This document shows, piece by piece, positions 35,867 through 45,628 of a stretch of 64,000 nucleotides of DNA. The number at the start of each line of letters is the position of its first letter. Position 1 is the first letter of the stretch. The notes beneath the pieces are model-generated. The model was not told the DNA's origin. It did no database searches and worked only from the letters and a program-made list of their open reading frames with translations. The position numbers were made by a program, and so were the translations under genes. The DNA comes from Burkholderiales bacterium. GTDB taxonomy: Bacteria; Pseudomonadota; Gammaproteobacteria; Burkholderiales; SG8-41. The DNA lies in assembly GCA_022841375.1 (NCBI GenBank), contig JALHRQ010000006.1, positions 7,819-71,818 of the forward strand. The letters are read 5' to 3'.

Positions 35867-38023
35867 TCAGCCTTTGACGCGGCCGATGCGCACAACTTCG
35901 GGGATCTTGCGCAGATCGCGGACGATCCGCGCCAGATGCATGCGGTTCATCACTTGCACCGTAAATCGCATCACTGTGTAAGTGCCGCCGTCGTCGGGAT
36001 CGACGGCGACGTTCTGGATGTTGGATTCCGCCGCGGCGATTTCCGCCGCAACTTTGGCGAGCACGCCGCGCTGGTTGGCGACAACCAGCCGGATGCCGAC
36101 ATCGAACAGCTTGGTCGGATTGGCGTCCCATTGCACATCAAGCACGCGCTCCGGGTCGCGGTTGCCCTTGGCGGCCACCGGGCAGTCATGGGTATGGATG
36201 ACCATGCCCTGACCCTTGCTGATGATGCCGATGATCGGGTCGCCCGGGATCGGGCCGCAGCAGCGTGCAAATTGCACCGCAAAACCCTCGGAGCCGCGCA
36301 CGACGACGGCGCCGTTGGGCCGGGCTTCCGCCGGCAGCGGTTCGCCCAGCGCGAGCAGCTGGTGTGCGACCACCACCGCCAGCCGTTTGCCGAGACCGAC
36401 ATCGGAGAGGATTTCGTCACGCGACTTGGCACTGGAGTCACGCACCAGTTTGTCCCATTGCGCGTCGCCAACATCAGTCGAATTGGTTTTAAAATTGGCC
36501 AGCGCCTGCTGCAACAGGCGGCTGCCGAGCTGAACGGACTCGGAGAAGTGCATGGTCTTCAGGAAGTGGCGGATATGTGCGCGCGCCTTGGCGGTGGCAA
36601 CGAAGTTAAGCCACAGCGGGTTGGGCTTGGCGTGCGACGCGGTGATGATCTCGACGCGATCACCGTTGCGCAGCTCGGTGCGCAGCGGCGTCAGTTCCTG
36701 GTTGATTTTGACGGCGACGCAGCGGTTGCCGATGTCGGTGTGCACGGCATAGGCGAAGTCGACTGCAGTCGCACCCCGCGGCAGCGACATGATCTTGCCC
36801 TTCGGCGTGAACACGTAAACCTCATCCGGGAACAGGTCAACCTTGAGATGTTCAAGGAATTCGATCGAATCGCCGGATTCTGACTGCATCTCGAGCAGGC
36901 TCTGCAGCCACTGGTGAGTCTTTTGCTGCAGTTCGGAGAGCGAGGTGTCGGAGCTTTTGTAGAGCCAGTGCGATGCCACGCCGGCCTCGGCGATGCGGTG
37001 CATGTCGGCGGTGCGGATCTGGATTTCGATCGGGCTGCCGAAGGGACCGAACAACGTGGTATGCAGCGACTGGTAGCCGTTGGCCTTGGGAATCGCGATG
37101 TAGTCCTTGAACTTGCCGGGAATCGGCTTGTACAGGCTGTGCAGCAGGCCGAGCGCAACGTAACAAGCCATGTTGTCGCGGACGATGATGCGGAAGCCAA
37201 ACACGTCATGCACCTGCGCAAATGACAGATGTTTCTCGCGCATCTTGCGGTATACGGAGTGCAGGTGTTTTTCGCGACCCTGCACCTGGGCTTCGATGCC
37301 CTGGTCGCGCAAACGGCGTTCGATGCCGTCGAGCACCTTGCTGACGACTTCACGGCGGTTGCCGCGCGCAGTGCGCACGGCTTTGGCCAGCACGCGGAAG
37401 CGGTCCGGGTAAAGGTGACGGAACGACAGGTCTTCCATCTCCTGGTAGATGCTGTTCAGGCCCAGCCGGTTGGCAATGGGCGCGTAGATTTCCAGCGTTT
37501 CGCGCGCGATACGCTGGCGTTTCTCCGGGTGGACGGCATCCAGCGTGCGCATGTTGTGCAAGCGGTCGGCAAGTTTGATCAGCATCACGCGCACGTCGCG
37601 CGCCATCGCCAGCAGCATCTTGCGGAAATTTTCCGCCTGCGCCTTTTCCTGGGTGTCGAACTGGATGCGATCGAGTTTTGAAACGCCGTCAACCAGTTCG
37701 GCGACCGGCCGTCCGAATTGTTCAGCGATTTCGTTTTTGGTGACTTCGGTGTCTTCGACAACGTCGTGCAGCAACGCCGCGGTCAGTGCCTGCGAATCCA
37801 GATGCCACTGGCCGAGGATGCTCGCCACCGCCAGCGGGTGCGCGATATACGGTTCACCGGATTTGCGGAACTGGCCCTCGTGGGCGGACTCGCTGAAGTG
37901 ATAAGCCGCCTGGATCTGCGACAGATCTTCCGGCTTCAGATAGGCCGACCACTCCAGAAACAGCGCCGGCGCTGTGGGCAGCGCGACGGGTTCTGCTACT
38001 GGGATGGGGGCTGAAGGACTCAT
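35867..38023 (-). CDS. spoT: bifunctional (p)ppGpp synthetase/hydrolase
   Basis: HD hydrolase motif HDVVEDT with synthetase, TGS and ACT regions. It follows rpoZ as in gmk-rpoZ-spoT. The start is ATG 38023 (alternative TTG 38050). Confidence 0.93.
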   Translation of the reverse strand: MSPSAPIPVAEPVALPTAPALFLEWSAYLKPEDLSQIQAAYHFSESAHEGQFRKSGEPYIAHPLAVASILGQWHLDSQALTAALLHDVVEDTEVTKNEIAEQFGRPVAELVDGVSKLDRIQFDTQEKAQAENFRKMLLAMARDVRVMLIKLADRLHNMRTLDAVHPEKRQRIARETLEIYAPIANRLGLNSIYQEMEDLSFRHLYPDRFRVLAKAVRTARGNRREVVSKVLDGIERRLRDQGIEAQVQGREKHLHSVYRKMREKHLSFAQVHDVFGFRIIVRDNMACYVALGLLHSLYKPIPGKFKDYIAIPKANGYQSLHTTLFGPFGSPIEIQIRTADMHRIAEAGVASHWLYKSSDTSLSELQQKTHQWLQSLLEMQSESGDSIEFLEHLKVDLFPDEVYVFTPKGKIMSLPRGATAVDFAYAVHTDIGNRCVAVKINQELTPLRTELRNGDRVEIITASHAKPNPLWLNFVATAKARAHIRHFLKTMHFSESVQLGSRLLQQALANFKTNSTDVGDAQWDKLVRDSSAKSRDEILSDVGLGKRLAVVVAHQLLALGEPLPAEARPNGAVVVRGSEGFAVQFARCCGPIPGDPIIGIISKGQGMVIHTHDCPVAAKGNRDPERVLDVQWDANPTKLFDVGIRLVVANQRGVLAKVAAEIAAAESNIQNVAVDPDDGGTYTVMRFTVQVMNRMHLARIVRDLRKIPEVVRIGRVKG

Positions 38024-38087
38024 GCGTACGGTTGACCTCGCCGTCCGCAATCAGGAGATGCGCCTCAGCCGCGGGCGCATGCGCCTG

Positions 38088-38294
38088 TTACGCAGGGCTC
38101 TTGTTGAGGATTTCGGCGCCGAATTTCGAAGCTGCGAGTTCGCGCAGCGCAACAACCGTGGGTTTGTCGCGGGTGGCTTCAATCATGGTCTGCGCGCCGT
38201 TGGCGAGTTGCCGGGCGCGGTAGGTCGCCGCCAGCGTCATTTCAAAGCGGTTGGGAATGATTTTCATGCAATCGTCTACGGTAATGCGGGCCAT
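38088..38294 (-). CDS. rpoZ: RNA polymerase omega subunit
   Basis: N-terminus [30 protein letters not shown]. Confidence 0.95.
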   Translation of the reverse strand: MARITVDDCMKIIPNRFEMTLAATYRARQLANGAQTMIEATRDKPTVVALRELAASKFGAEILNKSPA

Positions 38295-38301
38295 GGAGTT
38301 C

Positions 38302-38910
38302 CTACTTGAGTCGGTTGATCAACGCGGTGTGCCGGGCCAGCTGGTGTGCGGTGCGCAAGCGTTCTGCGCGGACAATGTCCTGCAGTTCCGCCGCCGCGGC
38401 CTTGAATTCAGAGTTGATAATAACATAATCAAAATCATGGACATGGCTGATTTCCTGACGCGCGTTGGCAAGACGGGTCGCAATCACCTCCGGCGCGTCC
38501 TGGGCGCGGGAATTGAGCCTTTGCAGCAGGGCCTCAAAAGAGGGGGGAAGGATGAAAATGCTGATCGCGGCCGGCATCAGCCTGCGGACCTGGGCGGCGC
38601 CCTGCCAGTCGATTTCGAGCACGATGTCGATATCCCCGGCCAGTTGCTCCTCCACCCACCGGCGCGACGTGCCGTAGCGGTTGCCGTGGACCGTCGCGGA
38701 TTCGAGGAAATCGCCCGCCCGCGCCCTCTGCTCGAAGATTTCCGGCGTGACAAAGTGGTAATGCTGGCCGTCGATTTCGCCGGTGCGCGGCCCGCGGGTG
38801 GTGCAGGACACCGATTTGCGGACGCCGCGGTCGTTTTCCAGCAGTTTTGCCACCAGGCTGGTTTTGCCGGCGCCGGAGGGCGCGCTGACGATGTAGAGAT
38901 TGCCGCTCAT
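38302..38910 (-). CDS. gmk: guanylate kinase
   Basis: P-loop [10 protein letters not shown] and [17 protein letters not shown]. Confidence 0.95.
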   Translation of the reverse strand: MSGNLYIVSAPSGAGKTSLVAKLLENDRGVRKSVSCTTRGPRTGEIDGQHYHFVTPEIFEQRARAGDFLESATVHGNRYGTSRRWVEEQLAGDIDIVLEIDWQGAAQVRRLMPAAISIFILPPSFEALLQRLNSRAQDAPEVIATRLANARQEISHVHDFDYVIINSEFKAAAAELQDIVRAERLRTAHQLARHTALINRLK

Positions 38911-38926
38911 GCTCTGTCTGTCCGGC

Positions 38927-39793
38927 TCATTCGATATTCTGGATCTGTTCGCGCATCTGCTCGATCAGCAGTTTCAGGTCCATCGCGACGCGGGTGACTT
39001 CGATGTCTACCGATTTGGAACCCAGCGTATTGGCCTCGCGGTTGAGTTCCTGCATCAGGAAGTCGAGGCGTTTGCCGGCGGCGCCGCCCTTTTTGAGAAT
39101 GCGCTCGAGCTCGTCGATATGAGTGGCCAGCCGCGACAGTTCTTCGTCGACGTCGATCTTGTTGACGAACAGCGCAATTTCCTGGCGCACGCGCTCGTCA
39201 TCTGCAGAGACCAACGCTTCCTGCAGCCGCGCATTGAGCTTGTCCTGGAATGCGGCGATGATGCCTGGCATCCGCGGCTGCACGACGGCAATGCGGGAAC
39301 GGATATCGGCGGCACGCTCCAGAATCACGATGGCGAGTTTTTCGCCTTCGCGGCCGCGCGCCGCGGTGAATTCGCGCAGCACTTCGGGCATCAGTTCGTT
39401 GGCGGTTATCCGCAGTTCATCGACCGGCAGTTCGTCGGCGCCCAGCATTCCGGGCCAGCGCAGAATGTCGGCGACCCCCAGCGTGCGCGCGTCCGGCAGT
39501 GCGCCGCGGACTTTTGCATTCAGGTCCAGCAACTGCGCCAGCAGGACGTCATCGAGTTCGGCGCTGTTCTGCGCGCCGCTGCGCAGGGCGTAGGCGACCC
39601 GGCATTCGATTTTGCCGCGGGTGACGGTGGCGGCAATGGCTTCGCGCAGCGCGGTTTCCGCCGGCCGCAGCTCGTCGGGCATGCGGAACGAGACGTCGAG
39701 ATAGCGGTGGTTGACCGAGCGCAGCTCGACGCTGACCGAGCCCCAGGCGAGTTCGCGTGCGGCGGTGGCGTAACCGGTCATACTGTTGATCAT
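38927..39793 (-). CDS. yicC: YicC/YloC family endoribonuclease
   Basis: N-terminus MINSMTGYA and C-terminus EANTLGSK...EQMREQIQNIE. Confidence 0.9.
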   Translation of the reverse strand: MINSMTGYATAARELAWGSVSVELRSVNHRYLDVSFRMPDELRPAETALREAIAATVTRGKIECRVAYALRSGAQNSAELDDVLLAQLLDLNAKVRGALPDARTLGVADILRWPGMLGADELPVDELRITANELMPEVLREFTAARGREGEKLAIVILERAADIRSRIAVVQPRMPGIIAAFQDKLNARLQEALVSADDERVRQEIALFVNKIDVDEELSRLATHIDELERILKKGGAAGKRLDFLMQELNREANTLGSKSVDIEVTRVAMDLKLLIEQMREQIQNIE

Positions 39794-39876
39794 TGAACTG
39801 CGGGTCATCGGGCTGCGGCCCTTGCTGCGGGCTTTATAATGGCGGACTGTTGAACATAGCATATTGAAGGATTCCC

Positions 39877-40590
39877 GTGCGACCCAGCCAGCGCCTGCCC
39901 GATGCTCTTCGTGCCATCCGCATCACCCGCAATTTCACCTGCCATGCCGAAGGCTCGGTGCTGATCGAATTCGGCGCGACCAAGGTGCTGTGCACCGCGA
40001 GCGTCCTTGAAAAACAGCCGCCGCATCTGCGCGGCACCGAACGCGGCTGGGTGACCGCCGAATACGGCATGCTGCCGCGTTCGACCAACACCCGCACCGA
40101 TCGCGAGGCGGCGCGCGGCAAGCAGTCCGGACGCACCCAGGAAATCCAGCGCCTGATCGGGCGTTCGCTGCGCGCAGTCGTCGATCTGGAAAAACTCGGC
40201 CCGCGTACGATCCACCTAGATTGCGACGTGCTGCAGGCCGACGGCGGCACGCGCACTGCGAGCATTACCGGCGCTTATGTGGCGCTGGCGGATGCGGTGG
40301 CTTTGCTGATCCGCGAAAAACGCCTGGCGGTGACCCCGGTGCGCGAAGCCGTCGCGGCGGTATCGGTCGGCGTTTATCAGGGACTGCCAGTGCTCGACCT
40401 CGACTATGCCGAAGACTCCGGCTGCGACACCGACATGAATGTGGTGATGACTGAAGGCGGGGGCATCATTGAAGTGCAGGGCACAGCAGAAGGCGCGCCG
40501 TTCAGTCGCGCCGAGATGCAGGCGATGCTCGATCTGGCGCAAAGCGGCATCAAGCAACTGATCGCCGCGCAGCGTGCCGCGCTGGGATAA
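39877..40590 (+). CDS. rph: ribonuclease PH
   Basis: RPSQR...[15 protein letters not shown] and [12 protein letters not shown] motifs. GTG start with GAAGGA SD. Confidence 0.95.
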   Translation: MRPSQRLPDALRAIRITRNFTCHAEGSVLIEFGATKVLCTASVLEKQPPHLRGTERGWVTAEYGMLPRSTNTRTDREAARGKQSGRTQEIQRLIGRSLRAVVDLEKLGPRTIHLDCDVLQADGGTRTASITGAYVALADAVALLIREKRLAVTPVREAVAAVSVGVYQGLPVLDLDYAEDSGCDTDMNVVMTEGGGIIEVQGTAEGAPFSRAEMQAMLDLAQSGIKQLIAAQRAALG

Positions 40591-40593
40591 AGC

Positions 40594-40720
40594 AAAAAAA
40601 CTTCAATTCAGCCACAGAGGACACAGAGGCCACAGAGAAGACCGGGATTAACAAGGTTGGGGGGCAGTTTTCTTTCCTCTGTGATCTCTGTGTCTTCTGT
40701 GGCTAATGCCTTTGACTTTT
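40594..40720. repeat. palindromic MITE/REP-like intergenic element, copy 2
   Basis: Reads AGCCACAGAGGACACAGAGGCCACAGAG ... CTCTGTGATCTCTGTGTCTTCTGTGGCT. It shares its 19-nt left terminus and A/T-rich flanks with copy 1. Confidence 0.7.
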
Positions 40721-40724
40721 AAAA

Positions 40725-41342
40725 ATGAAAAAGCTCGTCATCGCATCGAACAACCCGGGCAAGCTGCGCGAGATCGGCGCCATACTCGCGCCGCTGGCGA
40801 TCGACGTGGTGCAGCAAGGTACGCTGGGCGTGCCGGAAGCCGAGGAGCCGCACGGTACGTTCATTGAAAACGCGCTGGCCAAGGCGCGTCATGCCAGCCG
40901 CATCACCGGACTGCCGGCGCTGGCGGATGACTCCGGCGTCTGCGTGCACGCGCTCGGCGGCGAGCCGGGGGTGCATTCGGCGCGTTATGCCGCTGTTGTG
41001 GAGGGTTCTGCCGGACGCGAGGATCAGGACCGCCGCAACAATGAAAAACTGCTGCAGGCGCTGTCCGCCGCCAGCGACCGCCGCGCGCATTATTACTGCG
41101 TGATCGTGCTGGTGCGTCATGCGGCGGACCCGCAGCCGCTGATCGCCGAGGCCGAATGGCATGGCGAAATCCTGCGTGAACCGCGCGGCACGGGGGGGTT
41201 CGGTTACGACCCGCTGTTCCTGGTGCCGGAATTCGGCCGCACCGGCGCCGAATTGCTGCCGGAAGAAAAAAACCGCGTCAGTCACCGCGGCCGCGCGCTG
41301 GCGCAACTGGTGGCGCGGTTGCGTGCGGCGCAGGCCGTCTAG
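40725..41342 (+). CDS. rdgB: RdgB/HAM1 non-canonical purine NTP pyrophosphatase
   Basis: IASNNPGKLREI, ADDSG and FGYDPLF motifs. Confidence 0.93.
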   Translation: MKKLVIASNNPGKLREIGAILAPLAIDVVQQGTLGVPEAEEPHGTFIENALAKARHASRITGLPALADDSGVCVHALGGEPGVHSARYAAVVEGSAGREDQDRRNNEKLLQALSAASDRRAHYYCVIVLVRHAADPQPLIAEAEWHGEILREPRGTGGFGYDPLFLVPEFGRTGAELLPEEKNRVSHRGRALAQLVARLRAAQAV

Positions 41343-41366
41343 TCCGCGGCTGATGGTCATTTTCAC

Positions 41367-42551
41367 GTGTCTTCCCTGAAACTTGCGCCCGGTTCGCAGC
41401 CGGCGCCGCATTTCGATGCGCTGCCGCCGCTGTCGTTGTACATCCATGTCCCGTGGTGTGTGCGCAAATGTCCTTACTGCGATTTCAATTCGCATGAGGC
41501 ACGCGGCGAATTGCCGGAAGATGAATATGTCGCGGCATTGCTGGCCGATCTCGAGATGACGCTGCCGCAGGTGTGGGGGCGGCCGGTGCTGACAGTGTTC
41601 ATCGGCGGCGGTACGCCGAGCCTGCTGTCAGTGCGCGCGCTCGATGCCTTGCTGTCGGGTGTACGCGCGCGCATGCCGCTGGCGGCGGATGCGGAGATCA
41701 CGCTGGAAGCCAACCCCGGTACCGTCGAAGCGGAAAAATTTGCGGGATTCCGCGCCGCCGGCATAAACCGTCTGTCGCTGGGCGTGCAGAGCCTGAACGA
41801 CCGGCATCTGCAGGCGCTCGGTCGCATTCATGATGCTGCCGAAGCGCGCCGCGCCGCGGAACTGGCGCTGGTGACTTTCGACAACGTGAATCTGGATCTG
41901 ATGTACGGCCTGCCCGGGCAAACCGTGGATGAGGCTGCAGGGGACATGGCTGCGGCGATTGCCCTGGGTTCGCAGCATCTCAGCGCGTATCACCTGACCA
42001 TTGAACCGAACACGCTGTTTCATCGTTATCCGCCTGCGGTGCCTGATGACGATACCGCGGCGGCGATGCAGGACGCAGTCGAGGCGCAGCTGGCTGCGGC
42101 CGGATTCGAACATTACGAAACTTCGGCATTTGCGCGTCCGGGCCGGCGCAGCCGGCACAATCTCAATTACTGGATGTTCGGTGACTACATCGGCATCGGC
42201 GCCGGTGCGCATCAAAAATTATCGTTTAAAAACAATATATTACGTCAATCCCGGTTGCGCCAGCCCAAAGCCTATCTGGAGCACGCAGGAGCTGCCGCAG
42301 TGATCAGCGAACAGCGCGAACTCACGATCTACGAATTGCCGGGGGAATTCATGATGAACGCGTTGCGTTTGAATGCAGGTTTCGATCTGGACTTGTTCCG
42401 CTTGCGCGCCGGTCTTGACCTCACACGCATCCTGCCGCAGCTTGATGCTGCCGAAGCCCGCGGTCTGCTGATCCGCGATCATCGCCATGCGACGCCGACG
42501 CCGCTGGGCCGGCGTTTCCTCAACGACTTGATCGGTCTGTTCCTGGACTGA
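41367..42551 (+). CDS. hemW: radical SAM heme chaperone HemW (HemN-like)
   Basis: YIHVPWCVRKCPYCDFNS radical-SAM motif. GTG start. Confidence 0.9.
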   Translation: MSSLKLAPGSQPAPHFDALPPLSLYIHVPWCVRKCPYCDFNSHEARGELPEDEYVAALLADLEMTLPQVWGRPVLTVFIGGGTPSLLSVRALDALLSGVRARMPLAADAEITLEANPGTVEAEKFAGFRAAGINRLSLGVQSLNDRHLQALGRIHDAAEARRAAELALVTFDNVNLDLMYGLPGQTVDEAAGDMAAAIALGSQHLSAYHLTIEPNTLFHRYPPAVPDDDTAAAMQDAVEAQLAAAGFEHYETSAFARPGRRSRHNLNYWMFGDYIGIGAGAHQKLSFKNNILRQSRLRQPKAYLEHAGAAAVISEQRELTIYELPGEFMMNALRLNAGFDLDLFRLRAGLDLTRILPQLDAAEARGLLIRDHRHATPTPLGRRFLNDLIGLFLD

Positions 42552-42572
42552 CCCCGCCGCGTGGCGTGCCCG

Positions 42573-42600
42573 TTGCGTTTGCCGGTTGTCGGGCTAGAAT
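42573..42600 (+). promoter_or_regulatory. candidate sigma-70 promoter
   Basis: -35 TTGCGT, 16-nt spacer, -10 TAGAAT. It lies about 85 nt upstream of the Bug gene start. Confidence 0.4.
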
Positions 42601-42685
42601 AGTCATGTTGCCAGATTCGTAGTGCCGGACTCCACCGGGCACGGATCAGGCACACAACCAGATCCATCATGATCGGAGGAGATCA

Positions 42686-43660
42686 ATGCGTATCAAGCAC
42701 AGCCTTATTGCGTCCTGCCTGGCCATCACCGCGTTGGCCAGCGGCGTGGTTCACGCGCAGACCTATCCCAGCAAACCGGTGCGTTTTGTGGTGACTTACC
42801 CGGCGGGCGGCAGTTCCGATGCGATGGCGCGCATCATCGGTGTCAAGCTGACCGAATACTGGGGGCAGCAAGTGCTGGTTGACTCGCGTCCCGGTGCGGC
42901 GGGTGCTGTGGGCATGGAATACGCGGCCAAGCAGGCGCCCGATGGTTACACCTTTTTGCTCGGCAATTTCGGACCGGTCACCGCCAATCCGCTGATGACC
43001 CGGGTCAAATACAACGTCGCCAAGGATTTTGTGCCGGTATCGCAAATCACCCGCGCCGCCAACATCCTGGTGGTGCCGGTGACGCTACCGGTGAAAAACG
43101 TCAAGGAGCTGGTCGGACTGGCGAAAAAGAATCCTGGCGTTCTGACTTATGCCACCAGCGGTCCGGGCAGCATGTCGCATCTCGCCGGCGAAATGTTCAA
43201 GCGCCTGGCCAATGTCGACGTGGTGACCGTGCCTTATCAGGGCGGCGTGTTTTCGATCGCCGCGGTGCAGGGCGGGCACATCATGATGATGTTCTCCGAT
43301 GCGCAGCCGGTAATGGCCAATCTCCGGGCGGGCAAGCTGCGCGCCCTGGCAGTGACCAGTGCGCAGCGCACGCCGTTTACGCCGGAACTGCCGACGCTCG
43401 CCGAGGAAGGCGTCAAGGGTTTTTCCGCCGCTAACTGGTGGGGCATTCTGTTCCCGACAGGCGTGCAGCAGTCCATGATCGAAAAGGTATCGACGGATCT
43501 GGGCCGTGCGCTGGCTGATGCCCAGGTCAAGGAAAGACTGGGAGCGTTGGGCGTTGAAGCGGTACACAGCAACCCGCAACAGTTCGGCGCATTCCTGGCC
43601 GCGGAAAACGAGACCTGGGGCAAGCTGATCAAGGAAGCCGGCATCAGCGGCATCCAGTAA
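42686..43660 (+). CDS. Bug/TctC-family substrate-binding protein
   Basis: The signal peptide ends AQTYPSKPVRFVVTYPAGG. Confidence 0.9.
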   Translation: MRIKHSLIASCLAITALASGVVHAQTYPSKPVRFVVTYPAGGSSDAMARIIGVKLTEYWGQQVLVDSRPGAAGAVGMEYAAKQAPDGYTFLLGNFGPVTANPLMTRVKYNVAKDFVPVSQITRAANILVVPVTLPVKNVKELVGLAKKNPGVLTYATSGPGSMSHLAGEMFKRLANVDVVTVPYQGGVFSIAAVQGGHIMMMFSDAQPVMANLRAGKLRALAVTSAQRTPFTPELPTLAEEGVKGFSAANWWGILFPTGVQQSMIEKVSTDLGRALADAQVKERLGALGVEAVHSNPQQFGAFLAAENETWGKLIKEAGISGIQ

Positions 43661-43680
43661 CAGTCAGTCTGCTTCGAACC

Positions 43681-43709
43681 AACGGCGGCCTGCGGGCCGC
43701 CGTTTTTTA
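43681..43709. terminator. rho-independent terminator (between convergent genes)
   Basis: AACGGCGGCC-TGCG-GGCCGCCGTT is followed by TTTTTA. Confidence 0.8.
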
Positions 43710-44384
43710 TGGTTTGCGCCGGAACACGATATCCCAGACGCCGTGGCCGAGTTTCAGGCCTCGGGTCTCGAACTTGGTCTGCGGGCGGTACGCTGGTTTT
43801 TCGGTGTAACCGCTTGCGGTATTGGCAAGCAGGTGTTCGGCACTGAATACCGCGAGGATCTGTTCGGCATATTCCTGCCAGTCGGTGGCGGCATGCAGGT
43901 AGCCGCCGGGTTTGAGGCGCGAGGCCGCGAGTGCGATAAACGGCGACTGGATCAGGCGGCGCTTCTGCTGGCGTTTTTTCGGCCACGGGTCGGGGAAAAA
44001 AATGTGCAGCCCGTCGAGGCTGGCCGGCGCAACCATTTTTTCCATCACCGCGACGGCATCGTGCTGGATCACCCGCACATTGCTCAGTGCCATTTCATCG
44101 ATCTGTTTAAGCAGGCTGCCGACCCCGGGGGTGTGAACTTCGATGCCGATGAAATCGCATTCGGGATGCGCCGCAGCGATGGCAGCCGTGGTTTCGCCCA
44201 TGCCGCAGCCGATTTCGAGGATGCGCGGCGCGCTGCGGCCGAACACCGAGTCGAAATCGAGCGCAGTTTCGCGGAATTCAAGGCCCAGACGCGGCAGCAG
44301 CGTGTCATGCGCGCGGCGCTGCGCGTTGGAAACGCGGCCCTGGCGCAGCACATAGCTGCGGATCCGCAGTTGTTCCGTGGTCAT
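43707..44384 (-). CDS. trmB: tRNA (guanine46-N7)-methyltransferase
   Basis: [19 protein letters not shown] and TDWQEYA motifs. Confidence 0.93.
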   Translation of the reverse strand: MTTEQLRIRSYVLRQGRVSNAQRRAHDTLLPRLGLEFRETALDFDSVFGRSAPRILEIGCGMGETTAAIAAAHPECDFIGIEVHTPGVGSLLKQIDEMALSNVRVIQHDAVAVMEKMVAPASLDGLHIFFPDPWPKKRQQKRRLIQSPFIALAASRLKPGGYLHAATDWQEYAEQILAVFSAEHLLANTASGYTEKPAYRPQTKFETRGLKLGHGVWDIVFRRKP

Positions 44385-44415
44385 GTTGCTGTGAATTGCC
44401 GGATTGCCGGCGGAC

Positions 44416-45219
44416 TCAGGGTTTGCCGATCATGCCGCCGGTGGGCGAACTCGGCGACGCCGAATAAAGTTTTTTCGGCATGCGTCCGGCGAGGAAGGCG
44501 GCGCGGCCGGCCTCAACCGCTTTGCACATCGCGGTCGCCATCAGTACCGGATTCTTTGCGGCAGCCACCGCAGTGTTCATCAGCACGGCGTCGCAGCCCA
44601 GTTCCATCGCAATTGCGGCATCGGAGGCGGTGCCGACGCCGGCGTCGACCACCACCGGCACTTTGGCATTCTCGATGATGATCTGCAGGTTCCACGGATT
44701 GAGGATTCCCATGCCGGAGCCGATCAGCGACGCCAGCGGCATCACCGCGACACAGCCGATGTCTTCAAGCTGTTTGGCGATGATCGGATCATCCGAGGTG
44801 TAGACCATGACCTTGAAACCGTCCTTGACCAGTGTTTTTGCGGCAACGATGGTTTCAACAACATTCGGGTACAGCGTTTTGGGATCACCGAGCACTTCCA
44901 GCTTGACCAGGTCGTGGCCGTCGAGCAGTTCGCGGGCCAGTCGCAGCGTGCGCACGGCATCATCGGCGGTGTAGCAGCCTGCGGTATTGGGCAGCAAGGT
45001 GTATTTCGACGGCGGGATGGCGTCGAGTAAATTGGGTTCGCCGGGGTTCTGGCCGATGTTGGTGCGACGGATGGCGACGGTGACGATTTGCGCGCCGCTG
45101 GCTTCGACAGCCGCTTTGGTTTCGGCGAAATCCTTGTATTTGCCGGTGCCGATCAGCAGTCGTGAACCGTAGGACTTGCCGCCGATGACCAGCGGATCGG
45201 GATTTTCATTGGGTTTCAT
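44416..45219 (-). CDS. thiG: thiazole synthase
   Basis: [18 protein letters not shown] and [11 protein letters not shown] motifs. Confidence 0.95.
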   Translation of the reverse strand: MKPNENPDPLVIGGKSYGSRLLIGTGKYKDFAETKAAVEASGAQIVTVAIRRTNIGQNPGEPNLLDAIPPSKYTLLPNTAGCYTADDAVRTLRLARELLDGHDLVKLEVLGDPKTLYPNVVETIVAAKTLVKDGFKVMVYTSDDPIIAKQLEDIGCVAVMPLASLIGSGMGILNPWNLQIIIENAKVPVVVDAGVGTASDAAIAMELGCDAVLMNTAVAAAKNPVLMATAMCKAVEAGRAAFLAGRMPKKLYSASPSSPTGGMIGKP

Positions 45220-45304
45220 GGGTAAGCAGGGTAGCAGACGGATGCGGAGGTTTCAGTGTGCACTGGAGGGAGGCGCGGGGCAATGCCCGCGATCAAGCGT
45301 TGCT

Positions 45305-45508
45305 TTAACCCCCGCCGACCGCGACGACGATTTCGAGACGGTCACCATCTTGCAGCATGCACCGGGCAAACTGGCTGCGTGGCACGATTTCACCATTGCG
45401 TTCCATCGCGATGCGTTTGCCGGCGAGATCGAGTTCGCCGACCAGTTCAGCGCAGTTGAGCGGGTGATCGAAAGTGCGCGGGGTGCCGTTGATGGTCAGG
45501 GCGATCAT
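45305..45508 (-). CDS. thiS: sulfur carrier protein ThiS
   Basis: 67 aa ending in GG. It sits immediately upstream of thiG. Confidence 0.88.
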   Translation of the reverse strand: MIALTINGTPRTFDHPLNCAELVGELDLAGKRIAMERNGEIVPRSQFARCMLQDGDRLEIVVAVGGG

Positions 45509-45628
45509 GAGCAGGGTTTGTGGCAAATCAAGCTTAAGGCCGTACCGCAGCTGAGCGGCCCGGGGGTTGGGACTAGAATGGCATTTTACCGTTCCGCACG
45601 CGCATTTTCGACGGGAGTTGTTCCGTTC

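Noticed and set aside
35861-36883. 340-aa plus-strand ORF, plus similar long antisense ORFs (5270-6118, 14458-15312, 22174-23274, 30691-32307, 43743-44678, 46817-48214, 55513-56745, 57148-58233, 59633-60763)
   Set aside because: Each lies entirely opposite a gene with strong family motifs (spoT, ABC permease, metC and others). Their Arg/Ala/Gly-rich low-complexity translations are characteristic of non-coding frames in high-GC DNA.
45176-45628. N-terminal 150 codons of the tracked 1054-aa ORF
   Set aside because: This part overlaps thiG/thiS on the opposite strand and has no family similarity. The Pat-like protein begins naturally at ATG 45629 (MASNLLDRHYLTPLFEPASVAIIGAS).
45509-45628. Possible TPP riboswitch upstream of thiS-thiG
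   Set aside because: Reading the minus strand, I found no CUGAGA box or ACCUGAUCUGGAUAAUGCCAGCG-like core. A covariance-model scan would be needed for full exclusion.
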